From contig OY843751.1 in NCBI GenBank assembly GCA_963693055.1, positions 96,001-160,000 of the forward strand: a stretch of DNA of 64,000 nucleotides, written 5' to 3'. The translations under genes and the position numbers were made by a program. Below, piece after piece: positions 51,781 through 60,581 of this stretch; positions within the stretch are counted from its first letter, which is position 1, and each line of letters starts with the position of its first letter. The notes below the pieces were generated by a model, which saw only the letters and a program-made list of their open reading frames with translations, was not told where the DNA came from and did no database searches. Origin of the DNA: a bacterium. Its GTDB lineage: Bacteria; Zhuqueibacterota; Zhuqueibacteria; Residuimicrobiales; Krinioviventaceae.

Positions 51781-51800
51781 ATGAATCTTGTTTTTTTCTA

Positions 51801-51850
51801 TGATTGCGACATAGATTTTTTGCATCGCGGCATGTTGACTCGGGACGTAA
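51801..51850. repeat. Boundary repeat copy 0 (degenerate)
   Basis: TGATTGCGACATAGATTTTTTGCATCGCGG-N11-GGGAC-GTAA aligns with copies at 52882 and 54003. Confidence 0.65.
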
Positions 51851-51947
51851 CAAAGAACAAGGGCCGTTTACTCTTTCTCCTCCTGGTCCCAATCCCCTCG
51901 GTTAGTGATAACCGATAACAAAAAATTGCTCAAGAACACAATTCCTC

Positions 51948-51976
51948 TTGACAAGATCGAAAAATTTATCTATCCT
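51948..51976 (+). promoter_or_regulatory. Sigma70 promoter of cassette 1
   Basis: TTGACA-N17-TATCCT; position conserved in cassette 2. Confidence 0.7.
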
Positions 51977-51986
51977 AAAAAGGAAA

Positions 51987-52190
51987 AGTGCTGGATTTAT
52001 AAATTATAACGAGTGACGAGGGAACTCGTTTGTAATTCAGCGCTTCACGGGGTCGTACTACACGTGAATACTGTAATCTAATTCGCAAAGAGATGCTCAT
52101 GTACTGTGGGGTACAATATGAAAGCAAGGGGAGACGCCTTCAGGCCGCCGTAGAGGTATGCTAAATTCAAGATCAATTTATAAAAGGAGT
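51987..52190 (+). ncRNA. Candidate structured leader RNA, copy 1 (unknown family)
   Basis: 13 differences in 209 nt versus copy 2 (manual count); several stems; lies between promoter and RBS. Confidence 0.6.
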
Positions 52191-52195
52191 TAATA

Positions 52196-52861
52196 ATGAA
52201 ACGTCTTTGTATTGTTTTAATTTTATTCTCTTTATCATCCATATATGCTGATAGTAATTATGGAATCAAAATAGGAACTAATTTTTCAAAGTTCAGATCG
52301 ATTGAAACAAAAGCAAAACCGGGAACAACACTATGTTTTTATAAAAATAATCCGGTAAATACATATTTTTCAATTAATTTAGAATTGATGTATTCTGCTA
52401 AAAAAGGAGAAATGAATGATGTTATTTTAGGTGGAACATATACTGGGGCTATTTTTTCACATAATATAAATTATTCCATAGGAGTAATAGAATTCCCATT
52501 ATTATTAAAAAACCATTATCAAATAAATAAAAAAATAGGATTTAACCTTTATGCCGGCCCGTCTTTTTCTACAAGAATATTTTACATGTCAAAAACTAAT
52601 AGACAGGAATTCCTTTTTGAAATTCACGATATGGATGATTGGTCGTATGTGAAATATGATTATGATTATATTCTGGAAATGGGAAATCCGGCATTTGAGC
52701 ATGGTTTGAGCATTCATGGCGGATTCTCAATATCAGTACATCACTTTTTGTTAGATTTTCGATATATGTATGATTTCTATGAAATTCAAACAGTGGGAAA
52801 AGCTGATATTGATGATGAAGAGATGCATTCATATTTAATTTTATTGGGGTATGAGTTTTAA
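52196..52861 (+). CDS. Outer-membrane beta-barrel protein (PorT/OMP_b-brl-like), copy 1
   Basis: Signal peptide; YGIKIGTNFS; IEFPLLLK; AGPSFS; terminal LGYEF BAM signal. Confidence 0.8.
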   Translation: MKRLCIVLILFSLSSIYADSNYGIKIGTNFSKFRSIETKAKPGTTLCFYKNNPVNTYFSINLELMYSAKKGEMNDVILGGTYTGAIFSHNINYSIGVIEFPLLLKNHYQINKKIGFNLYAGPSFSTRIFYMSKTNRQEFLFEIHDMDDWSYVKYDYDYILEMGNPAFEHGLSIHGGFSISVHHFLLDFRYMYDFYEIQTVGKADIDDEEMHSYLILLGYEF

Positions 52862-52881
52862 TTTTTGGAGGGAAAATGAAC

Positions 52882-52939
52882 TGATCGCGATGCAGATTTC
52901 TGCATCGCGGATTATCAAATAGGGACATTCGTCCCGTAA
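52882..52939. repeat. Boundary repeat copy 1 (two hairpins)
   Basis: CGCGATGCAG-ATTT-CTGCATCGCG then GGGAC-ATTC-GTCCC. Confidence 0.8.
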
Positions 52940-53068
52940 TTGCTTTGTATGCAACCAGGACAAATGCCCTGATATATTTCCAACCCGGAACTTCCGATGT
53001 GCCGGGCTATTAAAAACTTTAATATTTTGGAATATAGTAAAAAAATTTTCTATTTATCATAATTTATC

Positions 53069-53097
53069 TTGACAAAGATAAAATTTTTATTTATTGT
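53069..53097 (+). promoter_or_regulatory. Sigma70 promoter of cassette 2
   Basis: TTGACA-N17-TATTGT, exactly 1121 nt after promoter 1. Confidence 0.7.
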
Positions 53098-53107
53098 AAA
53101 AAAGAAG

Positions 53108-53311
53108 AGTGCTGGATACGAAAATTTTAACGAGTGAGGAGGGAACTCACTTGTAATTCAGCGCTTCACGGGGTCGTACTACACGTGAATACTATAATCT
53201 AATACGCAAAGAGATGCTCATGTACTGTGGGGTACAATATGAAAGCAAGGGGAGACGCCTTCAGGCCGCCGTAGATGTATGCTAAATTCAAGATCAATTT
53301 ATAAAGGGAGT
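53108..53311 (+). ncRNA. Candidate structured leader RNA, copy 2
   Basis: Collinear with 51987-52190 without indels; hairpin retained despite substitutions. Confidence 0.6.
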
Positions 53312-53316
53312 TGATA

Positions 53317-53982
53317 ATGAAGCGACTTTGTTTTGTTATTTTATTATTGCTTGTATCTTCTGTTTATGCTAAAAATAACTTTGGAATTAAATTTGGAAAA
53401 AATTTTTCATCCTTCAGATCAATGGATTCAAAGGCAAAAGCAGGAAATATGTATGGTGCTTTTAAAGATTTGTCAATATATAAGAATTTTAATATTAGAT
53501 TTGAATTAATATGTTCCTATAAAAAGGGAGAAATTTATGATTTGATTTTAGGTGGTACCTATACAGGAAGAATTTTCTCGAATAACATTTATTATTCTTT
53601 ATGTATTTTCGAATTTCCAATTTTGTTGAAAAATAGTCATCCTTTATTTAGTAAAAAGATAAATTTTTATTATTTTACTGGTCCCTCTTTTTCAACCAGA
53701 TTTGCCGATGGTTCAAAAACAGAAAGACAAGAATATCTTTTTAATGTTAACAAAATGGAAGATTGGGCAAATGTCGAATATGATTATGATTATATTTTAG
53801 AGGGTGGCCCATCATTTGAACATGGTTGGAGTTTGCATTCAGGATTTGGATTGTCAGTTTTTCATATTTCGTTAGAATTTCGGTATATATATGATTTCTA
53901 TGAAATTCAAACAGTGGGAAAAGCTGATATTGATGATGAAGAGATGCATTCATATTTAATTTTATTGGGGTATGAGTTTTAA
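53317..53982 (+). CDS. Outer-membrane beta-barrel protein (PorT/OMP_b-brl-like), copy 2
   Basis: Paralogue of 52196-52861; last 30 aa identical. Confidence 0.8.
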   Translation: MKRLCFVILLLLVSSVYAKNNFGIKFGKNFSSFRSMDSKAKAGNMYGAFKDLSIYKNFNIRFELICSYKKGEIYDLILGGTYTGRIFSNNIYYSLCIFEFPILLKNSHPLFSKKINFYYFTGPSFSTRFADGSKTERQEYLFNVNKMEDWANVEYDYDYILEGGPSFEHGWSLHSGFGLSVFHISLEFRYIYDFYEIQTVGKADIDDEEMHSYLILLGYEF

Positions 53983-54002
53983 TTTTTGGAGGGAAAATGA
54001 AC

Positions 54003-54060
54003 TGATCGCGATGCAGATTTCTGCATCGTGGATTATCATATAGGGACATTCGTCCCGTAA
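54003..54060. repeat. Boundary repeat copy 2
   Basis: CGCGATGCAGATTTCTGCATCGTG and GGGACATTCGTCCC. Confidence 0.8.
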
Positions 54061-54120
54061 AAATCCCACCCGGCATTAGCCAACTGGCGGGTAGCCGAGT
54101 GATCAACTATTTATACTGAA

Positions 54121-55218
54121 TCAGGATTTTATTTTAAATACAAACCCGCTTGATGTCATATATTTACCGCCTTGCGATGTTGTAAACAGATAATCGGGTT
54201 TACCGTCTTTGAGAAGTAGTTGTGGTCGTTCCAGTCGTCCGTACCGGTTCAGGTGTTTGGGTTTGGGAGGCTGCTCAAAATAGTGGTCCGTACCAAAAAA
54301 AGCAATCTCTGGTTCCGGCCATTTCAGACCATCATCCGATTCAAAATACAATCCCGCAAAATGGTCAAAAAATCCCATATCCCGCGCAATGAGTTTAATC
54401 TTTTTATCTTCCACCCACACATAAGCGTCTTCAAGCTGTTGGTTTTCGCCCAGGTAAGAGAAATCGATTACCGGGTTCTTGTCGTATTTGATATAGGGGC
54501 CGTATATATTGTCCGCAATGGCCAGACCATATTGACGGTTGCCGCGTATGCGTTTGCCTTTTGCCGCCTCATAATCGGCAGTGTTCCACGATTTGTAATA
54601 AAGCCAGTATTGTCCATTGGGATGTTTGATAAAAGCCGGATTGGTCGTACAGTGATCATCCCAGCTCCCGGGTTTGCCCGCTTCAAGCAGAGGTTTGTCC
54701 GGGCGTTCCCATGGACCGTAGGGGCTGTCGGCTGTTGCCAGTCCAATGCGTTTGGTGTTGGTCTTGCCGTTTGAATTGCCCATGTAGAACAAGCAATATT
54801 TGCCATCAATATGCTGGATGTGAGGATTATGACAGGTCGTTGCATCCCAATAACCCGGACGGGGAGCGAGAACGGTACTCACATATTCATAGGGACCTTC
54901 CGGTTTATCCGCAACCGCGTGCGCAATCTCGCATTTGTGGATCCAGCCGCCCATGCCGTATTCCTCTTTCCATCGGGAAAGATAGACATGCACCTTGTTA
55001 TCCGGACCGTATATGGGAGTATTGCACCAAACATAATAGCCTTCCATTTCTAATATCCGGTTCATGGGCACAAGGCTTTTGCAGAAATCGGATATCCGGT
55101 CGTATTCGCCTTTGACAGTTTGCGGATCAACCTCTTTTTTCGAGCATGCCGCAAAGGGGGCAGTACAGACCGCGGCAGTTACGGTTTTTATAAAGTCACG
55201 TCTGTTTTTCATAATCAT
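54121..55218 (-). CDS. Tat-exported beta-propeller glycoside hydrolase (GH43/GH117-like clan), lipoprotein
   Basis: RRDFIK Tat motif, FAAC lipobox; CHNP, TTNPA, LEDA and LERPQ motifs. Confidence 0.7.
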   Translation of the reverse strand: MIMKNRRDFIKTVTAAVCTAPFAACSKKEVDPQTVKGEYDRISDFCKSLVPMNRILEMEGYYVWCNTPIYGPDNKVHVYLSRWKEEYGMGGWIHKCEIAHAVADKPEGPYEYVSTVLAPRPGYWDATTCHNPHIQHIDGKYCLFYMGNSNGKTNTKRIGLATADSPYGPWERPDKPLLEAGKPGSWDDHCTTNPAFIKHPNGQYWLYYKSWNTADYEAAKGKRIRGNRQYGLAIADNIYGPYIKYDKNPVIDFSYLGENQQLEDAYVWVEDKKIKLIARDMGFFDHFAGLYFESDDGLKWPEPEIAFFGTDHYFEQPPKPKHLNRYGRLERPQLLLKDGKPDYLFTTSQGGKYMTSSGFVFKIKS

Positions 55219-55392
55219 ACATCCTCTTGTTGGGTTTGATCAAAATAGTAAATGCATAGTTTTATTTCAAGAATAAAATCGGGTAGCATTTGGAAAAAAG
55301 ATGCTGCAACTGAATTTTAATTCAATGTGCATTTCTCTTGCATGGTATTCAGATTTTCTATACACTATACAAGTTAAATGAGGGGAAGAAAA

Positions 55393-56190
55393 ATGAAAAA
55401 AAGTAATCCCGGTATTTTTTCTGCTTTTGTTGTTCTGTGAAACTACAAAATCTCCATTTCAACCCGACGAGTTTGTCATCTCGTTCAATCACCCCATTGA
55501 TTCCACGTATGTAGTAAAGTCTGAAGATATGTTACTGAGATCGGCTTATACAAGTCAATCCCAACACCAGTTGAATTCCTTTTGTGATACCTGGAACAAA
55601 GTTTATGCGCAAGAAGCAGTTCATCCAAATTATAATTCAGATTGGGACAAGGAAATATATCAACTGTTTTATGATTTCTACAAGCCATCAGAAGGGTATC
55701 TTGAATCTGAATACCTGGTGTTGCAGAACGAGATTGTTTATATTGTGGTGAATTCCAGCAATTACGGGGTTGGTGCGGCAGTTGAATATTCAGCATTGGA
55801 CTTGACGAAATAACTCCGTTCTGCCCACAGGTTCGGGATACCGGTCAGCAAGTCCTTTATTTAACGGATCGTTATTCCGAGGTACTTAATTTTTACATTT
55901 CCGAGTATTCCGGTTCAGAGAGCTTTTACAACTCTGAATGGCAGCCTTGGGAGTATGTGCGGGATAAGGTTGGTTTCCTTGATCGTAAATTCGCGCTCTA
56001 TCACAACCACTGGGTACCGTCTTTTCATTATTATTCTTTTCCATATGTTTCAATGGTGATCATGAATGAGGATGAGCCCAAGGCCATTTTGTTGTACCGC
56101 GATTCCTGGTGCACGTGAGGTGCTGCGGAATATGAAAAGGCAGGAACAGCGTGGAAACATATCCAAACGTTTTATAACTGGATCGAATAA
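55393..56190 (+). pseudogene. Degraded lipoprotein gene with two frameshifts and one nonsense codon
   Basis: ATG+A7 shifts out of the signal peptide MKKVIPVFFLLLLFC; second frame from ~55801 runs to ...NWIE* with TGA at 56116. Confidence 0.7.
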
Positions 56191-56200
56191 GAATTCTTTC

Positions 56201-57616
56201 TCATTGCAAGAGAATCATCTTTTTTGTAAGCGTTTGGTTGCTGCCATAAAGTCGGTAAAAATAGACCCCACTGGCCAAATGTTTTGCATCAAATGTGTAA
56301 TTGTATACCCCCGGATTTTGAAATTCATCAACAAGTTGTTGTATTTCCCGTCCCTGAATATCATATACGGTGAGTTTGACCTGCCCCGGTGTATTCAGTT
56401 TATAAGAAATTTGTGTGGAAGGATTAAAGGGGTTGGGATAATTTTGTAGCAGCTTGAAGGATGATGGGATTTGTTCCGCATTCTTGACGCTGGTGTTATT
56501 GTCAGTGTATTTATCCCGAATGATTTCCAGGTAATCCAATCCGTAACCTGTATAACTGAAATTCTGAGTATAATCGTTATTTTCACTGTCATCTGTTTGG
56601 GTGGATGCAGTGATTAGGGTCGGTTCTATCTGCGTATCCTCATGCCATTCGTTAAACGAGGTGATGCATATCATATTCAAATCAGGATCAATCAGGTGTT
56701 CAACTGCATCAGCATAATGCTCAAAGGTACTGGTATGGCTGGAATCGGGATGCACCTGACTGGGGATAATGTAATGGTCTACATCTAAACGTACACCCCT
56801 GTCATTAAAGCCCGGCATGATCTTGGGGATAAATTTGGCACCCCCACCTAAAACTTGAGCGGCATTTCTGTAATATTCATATTTTTCTGCAACATCCTCA
56901 ATAAATCCAGTATCCTGAGGATAGCCCGCGTATTCATGCGGACCGTGCATGTTGTAAGCGGTAATAGCATCCAGAGTGGAAATCCGCTCATAATTCGCGT
57001 CTCCCCAATATACCTCATCACCGACAAGATAGACATTGTAACCCAGGGTGTTCATGTCGTCACGGACCTGCTGCAATGCGTTTTTATAATCACCTGTAAA
57101 GGTGCGGGTCAAATAGATATATACTACCGGCCTGCCATCTATTTTTTTATAATAGGGACTATTGAAATGGTTCTTGGCCATGTAATCGAAATGATTACGT
57201 AATGTTTCTGTTCGATCGTTGTCAAATTCAATAGCATCGTTAGCGAGGTTTAAAAGTCCAGCCGCTTCATACAGTAAACAATAGGTTGTCTGATGGTTTT
57301 CCATTTGAGGGACAATATGGTCCAGAATGGTTACATCTTCCCAGCTGTCGGGTCCCCACCAGCTGCATACCCAATTGTCTATACCATAGGTATCGGACCA
57401 CTCTAAATGTTGTTCAATGATCTCACTGTCACGATTGGAATATTCGCCAAGCATGGGTAATTGCTGAGGAACGAGATGGTCTCTGAGATAGCCTTCACCC
57501 CAGTGACGTGTAATATCATACCAGGGATAATAATAGACATTTACAATGCGGTCAGCAGCAAAAACAATAGTTGTTAATGAAAAAAATATAATTAACAATT
57601 GAGAAAACTTTTTCAT
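56201..57616 (-). CDS. GH99-like glycoside hydrolase with T9SS-type C-terminal sorting domain
   Basis: YYYPWY, SWWGP, TSFNEWHEDTQIEP; LLQNYPNPFNPST...SGVYFY...KKMIL. Confidence 0.85.
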   Translation of the reverse strand: MKKFSQLLIIFFSLTTIVFAADRIVNVYYYPWYDITRHWGEGYLRDHLVPQQLPMLGEYSNRDSEIIEQHLEWSDTYGIDNWVCSWWGPDSWEDVTILDHIVPQMENHQTTYCLLYEAAGLLNLANDAIEFDNDRTETLRNHFDYMAKNHFNSPYYKKIDGRPVVYIYLTRTFTGDYKNALQQVRDDMNTLGYNVYLVGDEVYWGDANYERISTLDAITAYNMHGPHEYAGYPQDTGFIEDVAEKYEYYRNAAQVLGGGAKFIPKIMPGFNDRGVRLDVDHYIIPSQVHPDSSHTSTFEHYADAVEHLIDPDLNMICITSFNEWHEDTQIEPTLITASTQTDDSENNDYTQNFSYTGYGLDYLEIIRDKYTDNNTSVKNAEQIPSSFKLLQNYPNPFNPSTQISYKLNTPGQVKLTVYDIQGREIQQLVDEFQNPGVYNYTFDAKHLASGVYFYRLYGSNQTLTKKMILLQ

Positions 57617-57660
57617 CCATAACTCCGTAGCAATGCGTGAATAGCTAATGAACACTCTGG

Positions 57661-58869
57661 TTAGATAGAATCATAGACCGCCTGCCTGTTTTCCGGCGGC
57701 AGTTTAACCTCATTAAAAAAAGACATACCTTTAAAACGTGGATTTTGTTTCTGGTAGGTCTGAGCCCAGGCAATAATGTTGTGAATATAGTCCGGTCCCT
57801 TGGGCGGCAGTTTGTAATTGTGCGGCGGGTCCCTGCGGATGGTTGTATGCACATAGCAGGGTAGAGGATCAAGGTATTCAATTACTTTTTGGATCTCGCG
57901 GGTTTCATTTTCAACATGACGGCCTTCGCAATAAGGCATCACAAAATCAACCCCTGCCTGTTTTAGCGTTTCAATGCCATGTCCCCGGTTCAACTGATAT
58001 CCTTTGACATCTCCATCATTGGGTGAAAATCCGGTGTAAAAGCCAAATTGAAATTTCGGATTGATGGATTTAACAAGGATTTTCAGATCGATCAGCGTAT
58101 CCCGAATGCGGAGGCATTTCCATTCTTGGAATTCTGTTTTTGATAAGGATTCAATTTCTTTGCCGGTGTCCTGTTGTAGACGATTGCGCGTGTCCTGGCA
58201 ATAGCAGGTTCTGCCGGAATAGGAGGGATGTTCCAGCACAATGCCGTCCAGATTTTTATACCGGGTAAGTACATCTGTAATTTTGTCTCGCATATATTGG
58301 TGCGATTGTGCGTTGTCACAACAGATTTGCAGTGTTTCAATCGCTTTGCGCTCATATTCACTGGCCTCAGGCCGGATAGTAAAAACATAATCGCCGTTTT
58401 GTTTTTTCTTTGTCCCCCAACCGGGGTAACCCTCATCCATGCCGATCATACCCAGATATTTGATCTCAATGAATACCTTTATATTAAGCTTGTGGGCCTT
58501 TTCAATGATTTGGGAAAAGAATTCGGTTTCAGGATTTGCATTTACCGTATTTGTATCAATCTGCGGTAAAAGTTTGGGGTTTTGAGCCGGCCATGCCAGC
58601 CCATGGTTCAAAGGATCGTAATAGCCGTGACTGGCCATCATCACCAGCAAGTGGTCCATGCCGTGTTGGGCCATTTCATTCAATACATTGCTGAAATACT
58701 TGAACCCCAATTGACGGTTACCGGTTTCATAGGTCAGGCATGTGGTCCAACCATAAGAAAAAGGGTGTGCCTTGACAGCCTTTGGGGATGAGCAGGCAAT
58801 GTATGGTGAAATTATAACAGGTGTGGATTTTAGAAACGACCGACGGGTGATTTTTCTATACATTTTCAC
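57661..58869 (-). CDS. Tat-exported putative TIM-barrel glycoside hydrolase-like protein
   Basis: TRRSFLK signal; LDGIVLE...CYC pattern. Confidence 0.55.
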   Translation of the reverse strand: MKMYRKITRRSFLKSTPVIISPYIACSSPKAVKAHPFSYGWTTCLTYETGNRQLGFKYFSNVLNEMAQHGMDHLLVMMASHGYYDPLNHGLAWPAQNPKLLPQIDTNTVNANPETEFFSQIIEKAHKLNIKVFIEIKYLGMIGMDEGYPGWGTKKKQNGDYVFTIRPEASEYERKAIETLQICCDNAQSHQYMRDKITDVLTRYKNLDGIVLEHPSYSGRTCYCQDTRNRLQQDTGKEIESLSKTEFQEWKCLRIRDTLIDLKILVKSINPKFQFGFYTGFSPNDGDVKGYQLNRGHGIETLKQAGVDFVMPYCEGRHVENETREIQKVIEYLDPLPCYVHTTIRRDPPHNYKLPPKGPDYIHNIIAWAQTYQKQNPRFKGMSFFNEVKLPPENRQAVYDSI

Positions 58870-58871
58870 CG

Positions 58872-59750
58872 TTATCCATCCAGGGTGGCAAGAAACGACT
58901 CTAACTGTGAATAAAATTGGTCCGCATTGTCGGCATATACCATATGGTCAGAATTTTCAATTTCAATATATGTACAGTTTTTGATTTGCGACCACATTTT
59001 GCTGGCTGCCTGTTCCGTCAGGCACCAACTGTCTTTGGCGCGTACAAACAAAACAGGGCACTCGATGCTATGCAGCAGGGAGTAGAAATCCTGATATTCG
59101 TTTTCAATGGATTTCATCGCTTTTCTGGAAAAAAGATAATCATACCCATCTGATGTTTCATGCAGGCTGTCTAAAAAATATTGAATATTGGTCTGCCGGC
59201 TGAACAGATTGTTGAGGTGCTCAATGGCATGCTGATAGGTTGGGTATGGTGTAGGCCAGTTTGTAGTCAAGCCGTCATCCAGAGGATCTTTATTTTTGGG
59301 TTTAACATCATTCAAGCTGCTGCCACTGCCATCCGCATTTTCATCTATAATGACCAAGGCTTTTACTGCTTCAGGAAAATGGGCGCTAAGATATGCCGCA
59401 ATTCTGGCTCCCATCGAATGTCCAATTATTACCGCTGGCATGCAATTCAACTGTTTGAGCAGTTCGTAAGCGTCTCTGGCCATATCTTTCGCCGTGTAAC
59501 CGGAATCCGGTTTCTCGGTCAATCCATGACCCCGCTGATCAGGCGCAATGATTCTATACTCTTTTTTATATCGGGTTATGAGATCAATCCATGTCTCACC
59601 ACGTCCCCATCTGCCATGAAGACACAATATGGGGGCTTTATTACCCTGTGTATCACGATAAAAGAGATTAATGTTGTTAACCTTGACAGTTTCCCGATGT
59701 AAAAACGGATTCTTTATAAACATTCTTGTACCAGTTTTATATCTGCACAA
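58872..59750 (-). CDS. Alpha/beta hydrolase
   Basis: LHG, DQRGHG, GHSMG nucleophile elbow; C-terminal His. Confidence 0.9.
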   Translation of the reverse strand: MCRYKTGTRMFIKNPFLHRETVKVNNINLFYRDTQGNKAPILCLHGRWGRGETWIDLITRYKKEYRIIAPDQRGHGLTEKPDSGYTAKDMARDAYELLKQLNCMPAVIIGHSMGARIAAYLSAHFPEAVKALVIIDENADGSGSSLNDVKPKNKDPLDDGLTTNWPTPYPTYQHAIEHLNNLFSRQTNIQYFLDSLHETSDGYDYLFSRKAMKSIENEYQDFYSLLHSIECPVLFVRAKDSWCLTEQAASKMWSQIKNCTYIEIENSDHMVYADNADQFYSQLESFLATLDG

Positions 59751-59927
59751 TTATTGTCCTACTCCATAAAAGTATAAAGTTTTTAGATATAAATGTCAAC
59801 CCTTCAATGTTTTATTTTTAATAAGAAAATAAATTAACTTTTCTCAATGTTTTATTAAACGTTTAGATTGGCAATAGGTTTCAGGAAGCAAGTGATGTTT
59901 TTCGAAAAGCAAGAGAATGCAAATATG

Positions 59928-60362
59928 CTACTTTATTTCAAGAAGCGTTTTTTCTTTGATGAATTGATTGTACAATATTGCAGGCATGGGTGCGGGTTTT
60001 TGTGCTTCCATGTTGAAATAATATCCGGTTTGTTTGCCTGTGCAATGGATGCGATCAGCGGTAGATATTTCAAATCCCATTTCCCATCGGGACCTTTTCA
60101 TATTGATAATCCAGGTTGTACCAATGGGTTTCTCTTGAATAGTAAGGGGATATTTGTATTCTATCTCTGTTTTTGCTAAAATGGGCGAGCTGTTTTCAAG
60201 CAGCATGTTTTCAAGCGGGAAATAGGTATCAAGAAATGCGGAACGAAGATGCTCAAACCATCTTACATATACTAGATTACTGACTATGCCCATGAGGTCA
60301 ATATCGTATGCATATATCTTTATTGGCATTTCTACCAGCATGATTCGGGGGCTGTTTTTCAT
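59928..60362 (-). CDS. Acyl-CoA thioesterase (hot-dog fold, YbgC-like)
   Basis: DIDLMGIVSNLVYVRWFE motif. Confidence 0.88.
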   Translation of the reverse strand: MKNSPRIMLVEMPIKIYAYDIDLMGIVSNLVYVRWFEHLRSAFLDTYFPLENMLLENSSPILAKTEIEYKYPLTIQEKPIGTTWIINMKRSRWEMGFEISTADRIHCTGKQTGYYFNMEAQKPAPMPAILYNQFIKEKTLLEIK

Positions 60363-60483
60363 GAATTTTGTCCTGTGACTGAATGAATATTCATAAAGTA
60401 ATACATTTTGTTATATTTTTCAATTGAAAAAGCATTTGAAATATTTATTTTTTATAAAATGTTTAAGAAACATCTATGGGACA

Positions 60484-60511
60484 TTGACACCTTTGGTATT
60501 ATTTCTATTCT
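60484..60511 (+). promoter_or_regulatory. Putative sigma70 promoter of the TPR gene
   Basis: TTGACA-N16-TATTCT. Confidence 0.45.
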
Positions 60512-60581
60512 TTCGGTACTCCTCGTGTAATAAATCGTTCATTAATTCGAAACAACGTTTAACAAATGGGAGGAGAATGCC

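Noticed and set aside
51987-52050. glmS ribozyme resemblance (AGTGCTGGA...TGACGAGG)
   Set aside because: Lacks the TTATCGA...TCGGCGG core, copy 2 changes GACGAGG to GAGGAGG, and no glmS gene follows
52018-52145. Cobalamin or SAM-I riboswitch (GGGAA, ACTGTAA, GGAGAC; GAGGGA, TGCTAAATTC)
   Set aside because: Required elements (GGTG..AATCC, GCCACTG/GGGAAG, AGYCAG; ATC..GAG, GGCCC..GAAG, GCAACC) are missing; only scattered short matches
51948-52190. IS110 bridge RNA or TnpB/IscB omega RNA
   Set aside because: The promoter plus AGTGC start is reminiscent, but there is no recombinase or nuclease gene and no recognisable target/donor loops; not supportable without a covariance search
52882-52939. 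Integron attC site
   Set aside because: No RYYYAAC...GTTRRRY core ends and no integrase in the window
52769-54060. Diversity-generating retroelement template/variable repeat pair
   Set aside because: The repeated 3' segments are nearly identical rather than differing at adenines, and no reverse transcriptase is present
56110-56118. Selenocysteine codon (C-T-TGA)
   Set aside because: The gene has two additional frameshifts, and a GGA to TGA nonsense change is the simpler explanation
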